NCBI GenBank assembly: GCA_038523235.1
Contig: JBCBJQ010000002.1
Span: 32,001 to 96,000, forward strand
DNA length: 64,000 nucleotides
Source of the DNA: Cyanobacteria bacterium J06626_4
Lineage (GTDB): Bacteria > Cyanobacteriota > Cyanobacteriia > Phormidesmidales > Phormidesmidaceae
Direction: 5' to 3'
Below, one piece after another: positions 1 to 11,600 of this stretch (positions are counted from its first letter, which is position 1; each line of letters begins with the position of its first letter). The notes under the pieces were generated by a model. It saw only the letters and a program-made list of their open reading frames with translations. It did no database searches and was not told the DNA's origin. Both the position numbers and the translations under genes were made by a program.

Positions 1-1287
1 CGCGCCTACATATTGTCCACCGATAGTGGTAGGAAGGTTGTCTTGTTGAATAAATGAGACATAGTCAAACAGATTGGCATCGCTATTGAGGACAAACTCA
101 ATGCCCCCTTCAGGGATTTCGCCTTCAGCTCGAATCGTGAAGTTGACTCTAGAAACGCCATCTTCAACAAACTCTACGACTCCCGGAATCAGATTTCCCT
201 CGCTATCTTCAGTAGTGGGATTAGCCTCTAAAGAGAGGGTTGGTGGATTAGTAACGTTAGGGTTGCTGACCGGAGGTGTCGGTGTCCCTGTTTTACGAGG
301 ATTGTCAGGCGTTAGTAAATCAATCTCAAGTTCATAGTTGCCAAAGGCAATTCTATTTTCTTCGCCTAAACCTGGACTTTCAATACTGTACGAGGAGTCT
401 GCTCCAGCGTAACCGAGTGCCGAAGAGGAGAGACCAGAAACCCCAACGTAGTAGAGTCCATCTTCAGGGGCGGTAAATTCTAGATAGCTTGCTGTTTCAT
501 CAAAATTAACCGTACCATCTTCATTGAATGCGCCGACAAATCCATTAGCCGTACCAAATAGCTTGTCAGGAGCAGCAGGCGAAACCTCACTAGGAGCAGC
601 AACCAGTCGGTTACCATCAGCGTCAAAGGCTGCCAAACCTGATAAAAAACCAAGGTTGAATAATTCTAGATTGCCTTCAACCTGAAAAAGTTCAACGGCA
701 ACGGTATCTCCTGCAGTCAAATCTACCTGATACAGATCCACGTCCTCGCTATAGGCGAGATAGGTGTAGGTGCCGTCAGCATTGAGGTACCTGTTTCCAA
801 TATCAAAGTAGATAGAACTAGCAGTAGAAAAGGAAGGGGTTTCAGAGGTGATTTCCGTATCAACTGCAACGCCAGCGATGTCGTTAGGCTCGGTGACAAC
901 GCTAAATGGAATATCTTCTCTTGCATCGACTAGGTTAAACGTGCCGCTGCTGTAGTCGGAGATGATTTCGTAGCCCTCTCCCGCAGCCAGGCTAAAGCTT
1001 GCTGTTTCGCCTACTTCAGTTTCGCCATCAGCCGTGATAGGCAGATTCACCAACGTGGTGTATTCCGTCATCCGCAGGTCAAAGCCACCGTCGCGCACCG
1101 CGACGATTTCGCCGCCTTCGACGGAAACGCCCGTCAGGTCAAACTCGCTCAGGTTGGGGGCATCGACCGAGACGATCAGACCGCCTTCGGGAATGATACC
1201 GTTGGTGGCGAGAAAAGCGTGGGCCGAAACGGTGCCTTCGGCTTCAACTAGATAGTCGGGGCCAGTGAACAGACTAACTTGGATCAT
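1..1287 (-). CDS. Large acidic modular secreted protein, paralog 1 (Calx-beta-like + PPC/DVUA0089-like domains); runs off the window's left edge
   Basis: Not in the ORF track because there is no stop in the window. Hand translation from ATG 1287: MIQVSLFTGPDYLVEAEGTVSAHAF...TEPNDI...SEDVDLYQVDLTAGD...YLEFTAPEDGLYYVGVS...IGGQYVGA, open to position 1. Same modules as 3529-6249, 8631-12758 and 12965-21919. Confidence 0.88.
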   Translation of the reverse strand, partial: MIQVSLFTGPDYLVEAEGTVSAHAFLATNGIIPEGGLIVSVDAPNLSEFDLTGVSVEGGEIVAVRDGGFDLRMTEYTTLVNLPITADGETEVGETASFSLAAGEGYEIISDYSSGTFNLVDAREDIPFSVVTEPNDIAGVAVDTEITSETPSFSTASSIYFDIGNRYLNADGTYTYLAYSEDVDLYQVDLTAGDTVAVELFQVEGNLELFNLGFLSGLAAFDADGNRLVAAPSEVSPAAPDKLFGTANGFVGAFNEDGTVNFDETASYLEFTAPEDGLYYVGVSGLSSSALGYAGADSSYSIESPGLGEENRIAFGNYELEIDLLTPDNPRKTGTPTPPVSNPNVTNPPTLSLEANPTTEDSEGNLIPGVVEFVEDGVSRVNFTIRAEGEIPEGGIEFVLNSDANLFDYVSFIQQDNLPTTIGGQYVGA

Positions 1288-1555
1288 GATTCTGAATTTT
1301 CTCCCTGGGTGATTTTCAGATTTATTACGGTCGGTAGTAGCAAACGGGTCGAAGGACGCAAGCGTAAGTCGCACCAGCTCAGGAAGCTAGTGCGGAATAT
1401 GGCTATTTGATCGCAGCGTCTATGGAGGTCGTCTAATTGGCGACGTTAAAAGCTAGAAAGCTCTCTGAGCGCACGCAAAGCAAAGAAGTTGCAAAAGGCA
1501 CAGAGAGATTTCGCTAGAAAGGCTATGCGGTGGATGGCAAAACCTTGATGAGGCT

Positions 1556-1574
1556 ATTGAGAATGAAACTCAGT
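1556..1574. promoter_or_regulatory. Fur-box-like palindrome upstream of paralog 1
   Basis: ATTGAGAATGAAACTCAGT; matches the TGAGAAT-N-ATTCTCA consensus repeated across the island. Confidence 0.65.
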
Positions 1575-2109
1575 AATCACACTGAAAGAACCGTACAACG
1601 GATCGCCAACCGCAAGGAGCGAAATGCCGTTTCGAGAACGAAAAACACCGTCCCGGAAAAAAATTGAAGTTCAGTCAGCAATTTTTAGCTCTTCTAACAC
1701 TTAGCGGCAGGGCATTCGTCCCTCAAATCGCGAAGGTAAGAATTTAGCCAGTGTCTGGGGTGGAGCAAGCGTGAAAGTCGTTACTGGGTCGTACCTTAGA
1801 GTAGGTCGTAGGGACCAGGAGCGTTTTGAGCGAGGAAGGTACCCAGCCTGGGAGCGGGAGGCTCGTGCCCAGTCCGTGCGGCGCTTAATCGATGGCGAGG
1901 GACGCTACGCAGGCGGTCATCAAAATTGGGGGCACTCAAGGTCGCCCGCATCGGGAATGGCGGCGGGAGGATCCTTTCGCCGTTATGAGTACAGTTCCAG
2001 AAGGCATGCCAATATTCGCGGGCAATATAGCGCCTACTGTTGCCGCAGGGTCACGTAAGATAGTGCTTAACCTAAAAAGCCTTCCTAGCTGCTATTTACT
2101 GCCAATATC

Positions 2110-3123
2110 GTGACTATCTCCCTGACTTGGCCCAAGTACCTTGAGCATTTCCAAAGATCGGATAAAGAGGAAACGCATTTCGATTTTGACGATAGGCAAG
2201 ATAAGACCATACAGTGCGCGGAGCAATTTGTTGAGGGATGGATGCAGTCAATTTGGTTGCGCGAGGGATTTTATCTGCTTTTTGAAAAAATACAAACTCA
2301 AGACCGACTTTTATTAGATTTTCGTGAAAGGGTGATGCCGTTGACATGGCATTTTATCCTTACTGGAAAACAGAAAACTGTAGATTTTAGTTCTTCCCGA
2401 GAAGCTAGTACCTCAATTAACAAAGGAAATTTTTTTCTTCATGGTAGAGGTATTCTTGACCACAATACCGAGGATTTCACAAATGTGGGACCCTTCTTTT
2501 CTGTTACGATCCAGGTTTATGCAAGAGTGCTGCGTTCCTTCGTCAGCGATCCATCAGGAGAATTTCCACAAGAACTCAAGCATTTGCTTAGACCAGTTGA
2601 GAGACCTTGCTACAAGCGGGCTGGTAAAACATCCCCGATGATGTATGCCTTGCTGCAGCAGATCCTCCAGTGCCCTTATGCAGGGCTGACCAAACGGATG
2701 TATTTAGAAAGCAAGGCGATAGAGCTGCTGGCACTGCTAATGGAAGAAGAAGCCATTATTCATCGGGATAAGGCTCAGGCTGATTTGCCCAGTCTTGATC
2801 GTCGCGGTCGCATCCAATACGCTCAAGAAATCTTGATGAACAACCTCACCAACCCACCGTCACTAATGGAATTAGCGCGTCAGGTCGGGCTGTGTGACTG
2901 TAATCTTAAGCGGGGCTTCAAAGAGACGTTTGGCACCAGCGTATTTGGCTATTTGCGCGATCGGCGTTTAGAGAAAGCCCAGCTGCTGCTGTTAGAGCCC
3001 TGGATGACGGTGACCGAGGCAGCGCGTATCGTCGGTTATGAGAGCCGCTCTGCATTTACCATTGCCTTCAAACAAAGGTACGGCATGAGTCCAAAGGCTT
3101 ATAAAATGTCAACTCGAAAGTAG
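2110..3123 (+). CDS. AraC-family transcriptional regulator, PchR/YbtA type
   Basis: QILQCPYAGLTKRMYLESKAIEL and PPSLMELARQVGL...LKRGFKETFG double HTH. Confidence 0.93.
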   Translation: MTISLTWPKYLEHFQRSDKEETHFDFDDRQDKTIQCAEQFVEGWMQSIWLREGFYLLFEKIQTQDRLLLDFRERVMPLTWHFILTGKQKTVDFSSSREASTSINKGNFFLHGRGILDHNTEDFTNVGPFFSVTIQVYARVLRSFVSDPSGEFPQELKHLLRPVERPCYKRAGKTSPMMYALLQQILQCPYAGLTKRMYLESKAIELLALLMEEEAIIHRDKAQADLPSLDRRGRIQYAQEILMNNLTNPPSLMELARQVGLCDCNLKRGFKETFGTSVFGYLRDRRLEKAQLLLLEPWMTVTEAARIVGYESRSAFTIAFKQRYGMSPKAYKMSTRK

Positions 3124-3494
3124 TAATACCTCGACCCCGTTCAGCTTACGGCTCAACTTTTGCAAAATTTGCAAGTTTGACCCTAACCCAATCTGGAGAG
3201 AGCGGCGATCGCTGACGGTCTTGGTTGGGCTGGCAGGGGCGATCGCAGAGCCACTCCTTTGGTGTATCGCGCCCCACTATGCAGTCGGAGCCGCAAAAAA
3301 ATCCGACTGACTCAAGTGAGCACAGCCGGAGCAAATGGTACAAGTTAGTCTGAGGGCGTCATCCACTCCCGGCCTTCCCCTGCCCTCCCTGGAAAAGGCC
3401 GATTACTGGTGGTAGGTAACAGAGCGTTAGGTCAGTGGAAGAGTAGGGAGTGGAGAAGTTCTGCTGTCCTCCGGGAAACCGCGATCGTGTATAT

Positions 3495-3518
3495 CCCCAT
3501 CACCCCATCACCCCATCA
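3495..3518 (+). repeat. Octamer tandem repeat (CCCCATCA)x3, cyanobacterial STRR-like
   Basis: ccccatca ccccatca ccccatca just past the stop codon of 3529-6249. Confidence 0.8.
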
Positions 3519-3528
3519 CCCACTCTCC

Positions 3529-6249
3529 CTACACAAAGACGCTATTGTCGAGCCCCGTCACGCCCTGCACGACGCCAATCAGCTCGTTGCTGGCGGTGAG
3601 CAACAGGGTGTCGCTGCTCAGCTCAAAGAACTTGACGCCCTCGGGAGTGAGGCCGCCGAGGCTAATCTGGTCTACGCCCACCTCAAAGTCGGTGATGGTG
3701 TCGACGCCCTGAGCCAGGCCCAAGACAAACTGGTCGGCTCCCGCCCCGCCCGTGTAAGTATCATCACCGGCCAAACCATCGAGCACCTCATCACCGTCAG
3801 TGCCCGTGAGAGTGTCAGCGCCGTCAGTGCCCACCAGCGTTTCACCCGGCTCGGAGGATAGTGCAGAAAAGGTCACCTGATAGGCATCGGGTTCAGCAAC
3901 GCCCTCAATTATCCAGCCGCTGCCGCTGCCGAACACAGTCGGGTTATAGTCGTCGTTGCCTAAAACGCTGATACCGGCGTAGTAGGTGCCGGCGGTTTCA
4001 GCAGTAAAGGTCAGCACGGCCTCACCCTCACCGGGGATTATTTCCTCCAGGGTATCTACCTGACCTACAGAGTCGAGTTCCCCACCGTTAGCATCGAAAA
4101 TCCGCAGCACGGGCTGGAGCAAAGACTCAGAACCGTCGGGGGCGATCGCATCTACGTCAATCGTAATGGACTCCCCTGCCGCTAGCTCAAAGGAGTAGAG
4201 ATCCACATCTTCAGAAAAGTCGAGGAGGGGAGTGATGCCCGAAAAATCATAGACATAGTTGGCGGCACCAGCAATGACAATCGGATTCTCTGGGGATGGA
4301 TCAATGGCGATCGCAGTTTCTAGCGAATCATTCACCTCGATTTCAAACGGCGACGGAGGAACCTCAGCAGGGGTATCGACAATTTGGAAGCTGCCAGACG
4401 CCGCCATCTGGTCGATTTGATAATCATCACTGGGATTGAGGGTAAAGGTGGCCGTTTCTATCCCCTCAGCCTCACCATCGTCCGCAACTGGCAAGCTAAT
4501 AGTGGCAACATCTTCAGTAACCGTAAAGACTAGCTGAGGGGGGAAACTCTCAGCAACGCTAATGTCGCCGGCAATGCCTGTAGTTTCAATACCGCTTAAA
4601 TCAAACTCATCCAGGCCTTCTGCCGTCACCGACACCCGTACCCCTTCTGGGGGCGGGGGTGCGCTCAAAGTAAAGGTGTGAACTGAAGCGGTTTGCTCTG
4701 ATTCCACCAAAACCGTCGGTTCGGTACTTAAACTGATCTGGGGCAACGAGTCAGCGGTATCGGCCAGCGTTACGGTTACGGCACTGGCAGCGGGGTCCAC
4801 TTGGTAGGCTGCGCTGCCTGCCAGACTCACCTGGAAGGCCTGCACCCCTTCTACTACCGCATCGGCAAATGCGGCAATGCTAATGGTGGCGGTTTGCTCT
4901 GTAATATTGAAATAAAAGCCGCTGGAGGCGAAATCAGGTATGGGAAATGCGCCGCCGGTGATGTCGGCGTTAAACACATCAAACTGGCCCAATAGCCCAA
5001 AGGTTTGTCCGAATCCGTCAGGTATACCCGCCGTTTGCGCTGCCAGATTCACGTAAACCAATACGCCATCGGAGGGAGGCGGCTCGCTGAGAGTAAAGGT
5101 CAAGGTGGCCTGGTTGCCATCGGCTTCAACCAATGCCCCATTTTCCACTGATAGCCCTACGGTTAACCCGTCTACAGTGGCGGTAGGTACGTCTGCAACC
5201 GTGTCGTAAACCGTAATCGTGGATGTGCCAGCAGTGGAGCTGATGTTGGCATCACCGCTTTCTAAGGTAAAGGTGATTTGCTCAGGGCCATCGGTCTCTG
5301 GAACGGGCTTGTCAAACAGATTGATATTAAACAGCGCCGTATTTTCAGTTACGTTGAGGCGAATACCGGAGGGATTCCCATCGGCATCCAACACTGGCCC
5401 CAAAGTTTCTGCACCCCGGACAAAGGGATCGACGGTAAATAGGTAATCCGCTAAATTAACATCCGAATTGATAACGACCTCAACCCCCTCGGCGGGAATA
5501 TCCCCTTCGGTGTTTAAGGCAAGGGTCAGGGCTGCTCCACCCACACCAAACAAGGGATCTAACCCCTGATCGTTGACGGTTTCCACCAAGACTGGGGCGA
5601 TAATGCTGCCGTCTACGTTGTAAGTACCCGTAATGGCTTGCAGAGAAACGGTGGGAGCATCAGCGGGTGGAGCGCCCACGGTAGGCGGTTCAGGCGGCTC
5701 GACAATCGGAGTGGCATCGTTCACCAGCTCTAAGTTCAATGCGTAGTCGCCAAAGCTGTTTAAGCCAAATTGCTCAAAGGTGACGCCGCTGCTTGATCCG
5801 GCGATAAAAGGATCGTAAGCATTGTTAGCGAAAAAGGTGTCCGCATTTAAATAGGCGCTCACCCCCGCATAGTAGGTGCCGGCCTCAGCCACCGTGTATT
5901 CAATGTAGGGAAGCAAAGACGTAAATGCATCCTCAGGGCCAGGATTGGTGAAGCTCCCTTGGGCAATGTTGTTGCCCTCGCTGTCAAACAAGATCAGCTC
6001 AGCGGCGTCGATGGGTTTAACATCACCAGATGGATCGAGGTCCAATATGATGGTGTCGCCTGCCGCCAGCTCAAACCTGTAGAGGTCGACATCTTCGGTG
6101 GCATCGACATCGCGATTGTTGTCAAAGTCAAAGTTAATGGAGCCAGTGGCGATCGCTTTAGGCGTATCGATTGATAAGGCAACCGGGTTGGCAGTGCCTA
6201 GCGTATCGTTAGACTCTGCTTCAATGAGCTGCAAATAGCTACTATTCAT
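3529..6249 (-). CDS. Large acidic modular secreted protein, paralog 2 (906 aa; PPC-like x2, Calx-beta-like x3, RTX-type C-terminus)
   Basis: ESNDT...EDVDLY...GTYYAGVS PPC-like motifs; C-terminal GTDGADTLTG...GDDTYTGGAGADQF; no signal peptide and no Cys seen. Confidence 0.88.
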   Translation of the reverse strand: MNSSYLQLIEAESNDTLGTANPVALSIDTPKAIATGSINFDFDNNRDVDATEDVDLYRFELAAGDTIILDLDPSGDVKPIDAAELILFDSEGNNIAQGSFTNPGPEDAFTSLLPYIEYTVAEAGTYYAGVSAYLNADTFFANNAYDPFIAGSSSGVTFEQFGLNSFGDYALNLELVNDATPIVEPPEPPTVGAPPADAPTVSLQAITGTYNVDGSIIAPVLVETVNDQGLDPLFGVGGAALTLALNTEGDIPAEGVEVVINSDVNLADYLFTVDPFVRGAETLGPVLDADGNPSGIRLNVTENTALFNINLFDKPVPETDGPEQITFTLESGDANISSTAGTSTITVYDTVADVPTATVDGLTVGLSVENGALVEADGNQATLTFTLSEPPPSDGVLVYVNLAAQTAGIPDGFGQTFGLLGQFDVFNADITGGAFPIPDFASSGFYFNITEQTATISIAAFADAVVEGVQAFQVSLAGSAAYQVDPAASAVTVTLADTADSLPQISLSTEPTVLVESEQTASVHTFTLSAPPPPEGVRVSVTAEGLDEFDLSGIETTGIAGDISVAESFPPQLVFTVTEDVATISLPVADDGEAEGIETATFTLNPSDDYQIDQMAASGSFQIVDTPAEVPPSPFEIEVNDSLETAIAIDPSPENPIVIAGAANYVYDFSGITPLLDFSEDVDLYSFELAAGESITIDVDAIAPDGSESLLQPVLRIFDANGGELDSVGQVDTLEEIIPGEGEAVLTFTAETAGTYYAGISVLGNDDYNPTVFGSGSGWIIEGVAEPDAYQVTFSALSSEPGETLVGTDGADTLTGTDGDEVLDGLAGDDTYTGGAGADQFVLGLAQGVDTITDFEVGVDQISLGGLTPEGVKFFELSSDTLLLTASNELIGVVQGVTGLDNSVFV

Positions 6250-6706
6250 GGTCCTGAGTTGTAAGGTTGAATGGATTTAAAGCCTGGTTTCTACTGCGGT
6301 CTATCCGCTCCAATGCGGTATAAGTCGAGACCTCAGTGGCTGAAACATGCTGAACTCTATCGTGATTGCCCCATCCGCGTGATCACTGGAGCCACAAATT
6401 TTGATCACTCAAGCTACGAGTCGCGGCTAATTATTGCTGGTTTTGACTCTGCTTAAATCGCTAATTTTCTAGTTTTTTGGTATTCAGAGCGGAGTGTCGC
6501 TACAACTCTGAGTAAACAAATTTATATACGCCCCTCATTAGCAATTAGATTGCTTACGATCGAGATCATATTGAAAAACTTAAGTCGTATTCTTGCCAGG
6601 TTGGGATGAGTCGTTACATTGCTTTTGCCCATCGCTGAAGATTACTGGCGATGCTCATATTCGCCTCAGCCGCAACAGGTCATCTCAGCAAAAGGATGAA
6701 GTCATC

Positions 6707-7162
6707 ATGGTTGCAATAACACTTGTAGCGGGGGCAATTGCTTCGTTAGTTATGACGACTCTGGTGTTACTTTCCTGGCGCTTTACACCGCAGGTCTGGT
6801 TGGCAGACATAACCGAAGGTAGGCTCAAACCGCCGCTAAAAATTGCGATTCCGGTTACGCTTGCCATAGCAGCAGTGATACTAGGTGGCGCGATCGCCCC
6901 CGCATGGTATCTGGCAGCGGTAGACGAGGCGAACTTTTTTCAACGATTCCTGGTGGCTTGGGGGGTGACCCTCTTTATTAACGTCGTTGATTTAGTCATC
7001 ATCGACTGGCTGATCTACGTCAAAATTTATCCAACATGGATGCGTTTAGAGGGCATCGAGAAGCTGGAAGGCATGCGTCCGCATATTGACGGATTTTTTT
7101 CTGGTTTATGGATTGGTGCCGGTTTTGCCGCGATCGCCGCGTTAGTAACGATGCTAGTATGA
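6707..7162 (+). CDS. Hypothetical integral membrane protein (~4 TM)
   Basis: ATG 6707 (MVAITL) preferred over the track's upstream start; four hydrophobic segments; NVVDLVIIDWL motif. Confidence 0.75.
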   Translation: MVAITLVAGAIASLVMTTLVLLSWRFTPQVWLADITEGRLKPPLKIAIPVTLAIAAVILGGAIAPAWYLAAVDEANFFQRFLVAWGVTLFINVVDLVIIDWLIYVKIYPTWMRLEGIEKLEGMRPHIDGFFSGLWIGAGFAAIAALVTMLV

Positions 7163-7176
7163 GAGCTGAACGGCGG

Positions 7177-8208
7177 TTATGTCTTACCAAATTGCTTCAT
7201 ATACGCTCTCGGGGTACTGCCAAACTTGCGCTTAAATGCTTTGGCAAAGTAGCCACGATGAGAAATGCCCACCATATCGGCGATCGCACCAACACTGATC
7301 TGGCCGGTTTCTAACAGTTGGCGAGCATATTCCATGCGATCGTTATGCAGAACGGCAAATACCGTCGTGCCAAATAGTTCTTGAAATCCTTTTTGGAGCT
7401 GGCGTTCGCTGAGCCCTACCCGCTTAGAGAGTTCTGCCAGGGTAGGCGGTGTCATCAGATTCTCTTTCAGAATTTCTCGACTTTCGTAGAGGCGTTCAAT
7501 TTCCTGATGTTCCTCAGGCTTCATTAAGGTCGATGCCTGCACACTGAGTGGACTAGAAAGTGGGCAAAACTGGCTAAAATAAAGGGCGATTAGTTCTAGA
7601 ACCTTGCCCTCTAAATAGACATCACGAATCTGTCCATGGTAAGGACAATGAATAATTTTATGTAAGATATGGGTCATTTCAGCCGAAGTATCACACAAAT
7701 GAATTGCATGTTCGGAAGCGCCCGACTGAATTGCCTGCCGTAAATTTTGCGGCAGTTCAGCCAACTCCTGCCCGATTAAACTCAGCACCAGAGCGGGCAT
7801 AATCGTAATCTCAACAAAGTGAATATGTTCGCCAGCTTTAAATTCAAGCGTCCCTGCCGCATAAGGACTCGTGTAAAAAGCCGCACCTCGGGATTGCATG
7901 GTGATTTCAGACGAAACGCTAGGAAAGGTGCTTCTAAATCTCCCGGAGAGACAAAAGGTTAAGGACGCGCAGGTGGTTTCTAAGGAAAAATTCTGAGCAT
8001 GTAAAAATAAATCGGTTTTAAGGACATACTCCTGTACATGCAAATCCAACCCTTCTCGCAACCGAATGCCTCGCAGGTATCCACGCCCTAAAAAAGCAGG
8101 AAACTTTAGGAGTACTTCATTCGATTCCAGCTTTAATTGACTATAAAGATCATCTTGTAAATCTGCGATCGCCTGTTGAATCTCTGTGAACGAAAGCTTC
8201 GTCTTCAT
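7177..8208 (-). CDS. AraC-family transcriptional regulator, PchR/YbtA type
   Basis: IIHCPYHGQIRDVYLEGKVLEL; PPTLAELSKRVGLSERQLQKGF; FAKAFKRKFGSTP. Confidence 0.93.
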   Translation of the reverse strand: MKTKLSFTEIQQAIADLQDDLYSQLKLESNEVLLKFPAFLGRGYLRGIRLREGLDLHVQEYVLKTDLFLHAQNFSLETTCASLTFCLSGRFRSTFPSVSSEITMQSRGAAFYTSPYAAGTLEFKAGEHIHFVEITIMPALVLSLIGQELAELPQNLRQAIQSGASEHAIHLCDTSAEMTHILHKIIHCPYHGQIRDVYLEGKVLELIALYFSQFCPLSSPLSVQASTLMKPEEHQEIERLYESREILKENLMTPPTLAELSKRVGLSERQLQKGFQELFGTTVFAVLHNDRMEYARQLLETGQISVGAIADMVGISHRGYFAKAFKRKFGSTPRAYMKQFGKT

Positions 8209-8384
8209 GTTATTTTCTCTCTCATCATCGCACCCCCATCACCCGGCTAAAACAGATTTTGCAGCTCCTATTACCCAGGGAATTCAAGATAGCCCAGACG
8301 TGAGAAAACTCATGGCAGAAAACGCGAGCATACTATGAGCACAAAGAAGCAGAGCGCGAAGCCGGGCAGAGATCCTGGATTCTA

Positions 8385-8421
8385 CGCCTGCTTACTCGCT
8401 AGGGTATTGAGTAAGCAGGCG
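8385..8421. terminator. 13-bp stem hairpin (terminator or RNA-stability element) downstream of paralog 3
   Basis: CGCCTGCTTACTC-N11-GAGTAAGCAGGCG. Confidence 0.55.
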
Positions 8422-8630
8422 GTGCTGTTGGCCAAGCCTCTCTGAAAGAAAATCACATTGAGTATCTCCCTCTAGAAGCCATCGAGACTCTGGGCGAAAC
8501 CCGATTAGATTTCGATGAGCTAGCAAATTTGCCAGCCTGGCTAGAGAAATGAGAAGTTCAAGAGATTAGGGACTGGGAGAGTAGACAATTCAAAATTTGA
8601 GAATTCAAAACTCTCCCGCCCTAAGCTGCG

Positions 8631-11600
8631 TTAAGCAAACACGGTGTTATCTAACCCGGTTACCCCCTGCACGACACCCACTAGCTCATTGCTAGTCGTC
8701 AGCACCAACGTATCATCTCCCACTTCAAAGGTTCTGACCCCATCGGGCGTGAGGCCACCGAGGCTGATCTGGTCAATCCCCAGCTCAAAATCAGTAATGG
8801 TGTCAACGCCTTGGGCGATCGCAAAGACAAACTGGTCGGCTCCGGCTCCACCCGTATAGGTATCGTCACCGAGGCCACCATCCAGAATATTGTCGCCAAA
8901 ATTCCCGATCAGGTCATCATCCCCATCAGTGCCGATGATTTCTGGATTGAGCAAGGCTTGCGCTTCCTCAATGTTAGAGACATCAGGCACAATGACAAAG
9001 CTACTGGCATCCAGGTCAGTCGCCTCGACGCCATTGAGGACGGCCAAGATTTCACCGCTGTCGGCGACGCCCAGCAGAGTGCTGGTGCCATCTTGGGTCA
9101 GGGTCACATCTTCAAAGGTGAGTTCGCCGTCAACGAGCCCAATTTGATCAACTCCAGGGGTAAAGTCGATCACCGTATCGGTGCCGTCGCCGTTGCCAAA
9201 GACAAAGATGTCGTGACCGTCACCGGGGAAGAACATGTCACCCACCAACACATCGTTGCCGGTGACCCCCATGAGAATGTCGTTGCCAGGGCCACCGACC
9301 ACCAGGTCGTTGCCCGAGGCCCCGCTGACAATATCGTCCCCAGCGTCACCGCGCACGCGATCGCTGCCTTCACCGCCGAAGACAATATCGCGACCGGCGC
9401 CCCCCGAGATGATGTCGTTGCCCCGGAACCCTTCTAGGATGTCGTTTTCGTCAGTGCCTTCTATGAGGTCATCGGTACCCGGATCGCCGACGGTCAGTGT
9501 CGCCTCGATCGTATACTCACCGGTATTGATGCCAAAGCTAGGGAAGACTCGACCGCTGCCACTACCGGCCGCCAGGGGATCATAGGCCCGGTTGCTGAGC
9601 AGAGCGACCCCGGCATAATAGGTGCCCGTCTCGGTGGCGGTGAACTCCAGGTAGGCATCGCGCCCCGACTCAAACAGCTCGCCGGGTGCAGGCGCTTCGG
9701 TATTGAGCAGCAACGCTTCGCCTGCGTCATTGAAAAGGCGAAGTTCAGTATCGACCCGCTGTTCGCGATCAACCCCGTCGATCAGGTAAGGAATCGAGTC
9801 GATATCGATCGCGATCGTGTCGCCCGCCACCAGGTCAAAGGCATACATATCCACATCTTCAGTGGCGTCGATCAGGTTGCGCGTCTGCCGCGTTGCATCA
9901 ATCTCGGCCTGCATAACAAAGGAGAGCTGATCGGTGCCGAGACCGGTATCGGTCGCGTCCGCGAGCGTATCGTTGAATTCCGTTTCAAAGGGAATGCCAG
10001 GGTCAGCACCATCGCCGCCAGTATTATCCCCCCCGTCGGGAATCACGACGGAATCGGGATTGTCCGCAATGGTGACGGTGACGGCATCAGCGTCGGGCGC
10101 GATCGCATACCCCACCCCCGGATTGAGCGTAAAGGTCAGCTCGTCAATGCCTTCTAGCGCGTCTTCTGGGGCGATCGCTGGATTCGTGGTCTCATCAAAG
10201 GCCGACAGCGTAATGGTCGCCGTTTGCTCGGTGATGGTGAAGAAGAAACCGCTCGCCCGGAAGTTGGGGGAGGGGAAGTTGCCGCCGACGATTTCAGCGT
10301 CAAACACATTGAATTCCCCCAGCGCCGCCCGTACACCGCTATCGAGATTGACAGTCACACCCTCCGCTGGTGGAGGAGAATCCAGCGTGAAAGTGAGGGT
10401 CGTGGTGTTGCCCTCGGACTCAACCAGCGCGGTTTCGCTGATGGAAATGCCGACGGTGGGCACCGTGGGCAAGGCTGGCACATCATCCAGCGTGTCATAA
10501 ATGGGGGTGGAGAAGGTGTCGTCCCCCACAACATAGCCCGCCGCCGCCTCTAGGGTAAAGGAAATGGTTTCCTCGCCATCGGTGGGGGCTTCTTCCGGAT
10601 CCGCCAGGTTGAGGTTGATAAAGCCGCTGCTGGCGGTCAGGTTGACCTTGAGCCCCACGGGCTCACCCGCGTCGTTAAAGACGGCCCCCAGCACCTCTAC
10701 GCCCTCGGAGCTAAAGGGCGCACCCGTACTAAAGACGGTAGAGAGGTCAATGTCACTGGTCAGGAAGACTTCGATACCGTCCTCTGGAATCGCCCCCTCG
10801 ACGTCGAGACCTAGGGTCAGAATCGAGGCGGTGCGGCGCTCGGGCGTATACTGCACCAGCGCGTTGGAAATCAGATTGTCGCTGCTGTCGTAGGTAGCGG
10901 GTGTGGCCGACAGCGAAACGGTGGGGCCGTCCCCTGTGCTAGCCGGAATCTCAGTGGCTCCTGCTATGAAGCCCTCATTGAGCTTGAGGTTCAAAATATA
11001 GTCACCAAAGCTGCGTCCGGTACCGCTGCCAGCGACATTCGGGTCGTAGGGATTGTTGTCAAACCCAAACTCACCGTTACCAAAGCTGCTAACGCCGACA
11101 TAGTAGGTGCCGTCAGCCTCCGGCGTGAACTCAACGTAAGAATCTTGACGACCTGGACCAAACAGCTCGTCTGGAGCAAAGTTGTCGTCGCTTTGGGCCA
11201 GCTGATTGCCCTCAGCGTCAAACACGCGCAAAATCGTGTCGGGACTTTCTGAACTGTCAAAGATGGCCCGCGCGTCGGTGTCGATGCGCAGCACATCCCC
11301 GGCGGCGAGATCCACCGAGTACATGTCGACATCTTCGGTGCGATCGACGGCTGGGTTGCGCTGCTGGGCCAGCTCACCCGCGATCGACACTGAACTATTG
11401 TCAGCGGTTAAGCCCGTGTCCACTGCTGTCGCAATCGTGTCATTGCTTTCGGCGTCGCTGGGGGGCGCGGCAATAGGCGTATCACTCAGCGTAAATTCAC
11501 CGCCGTCGTCGTTGGGGCTGACCAGATAGCCCGTGCCCGGTTGCAATGTGAACGAGGCCGTTTCAATACCTTCGTCTACGCCATCAGCGGCGATCGGCAG

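Noticed and set aside
1771..2113. Short ORFs upstream of the first AraC gene
   Set aside because: No recognisable motif on either strand; cannot be supported as genes
6500..6600. Fur box for paralog 2
   Set aside because: Only weak half-matches (CGAGATCATATTGAAAA); not convincing
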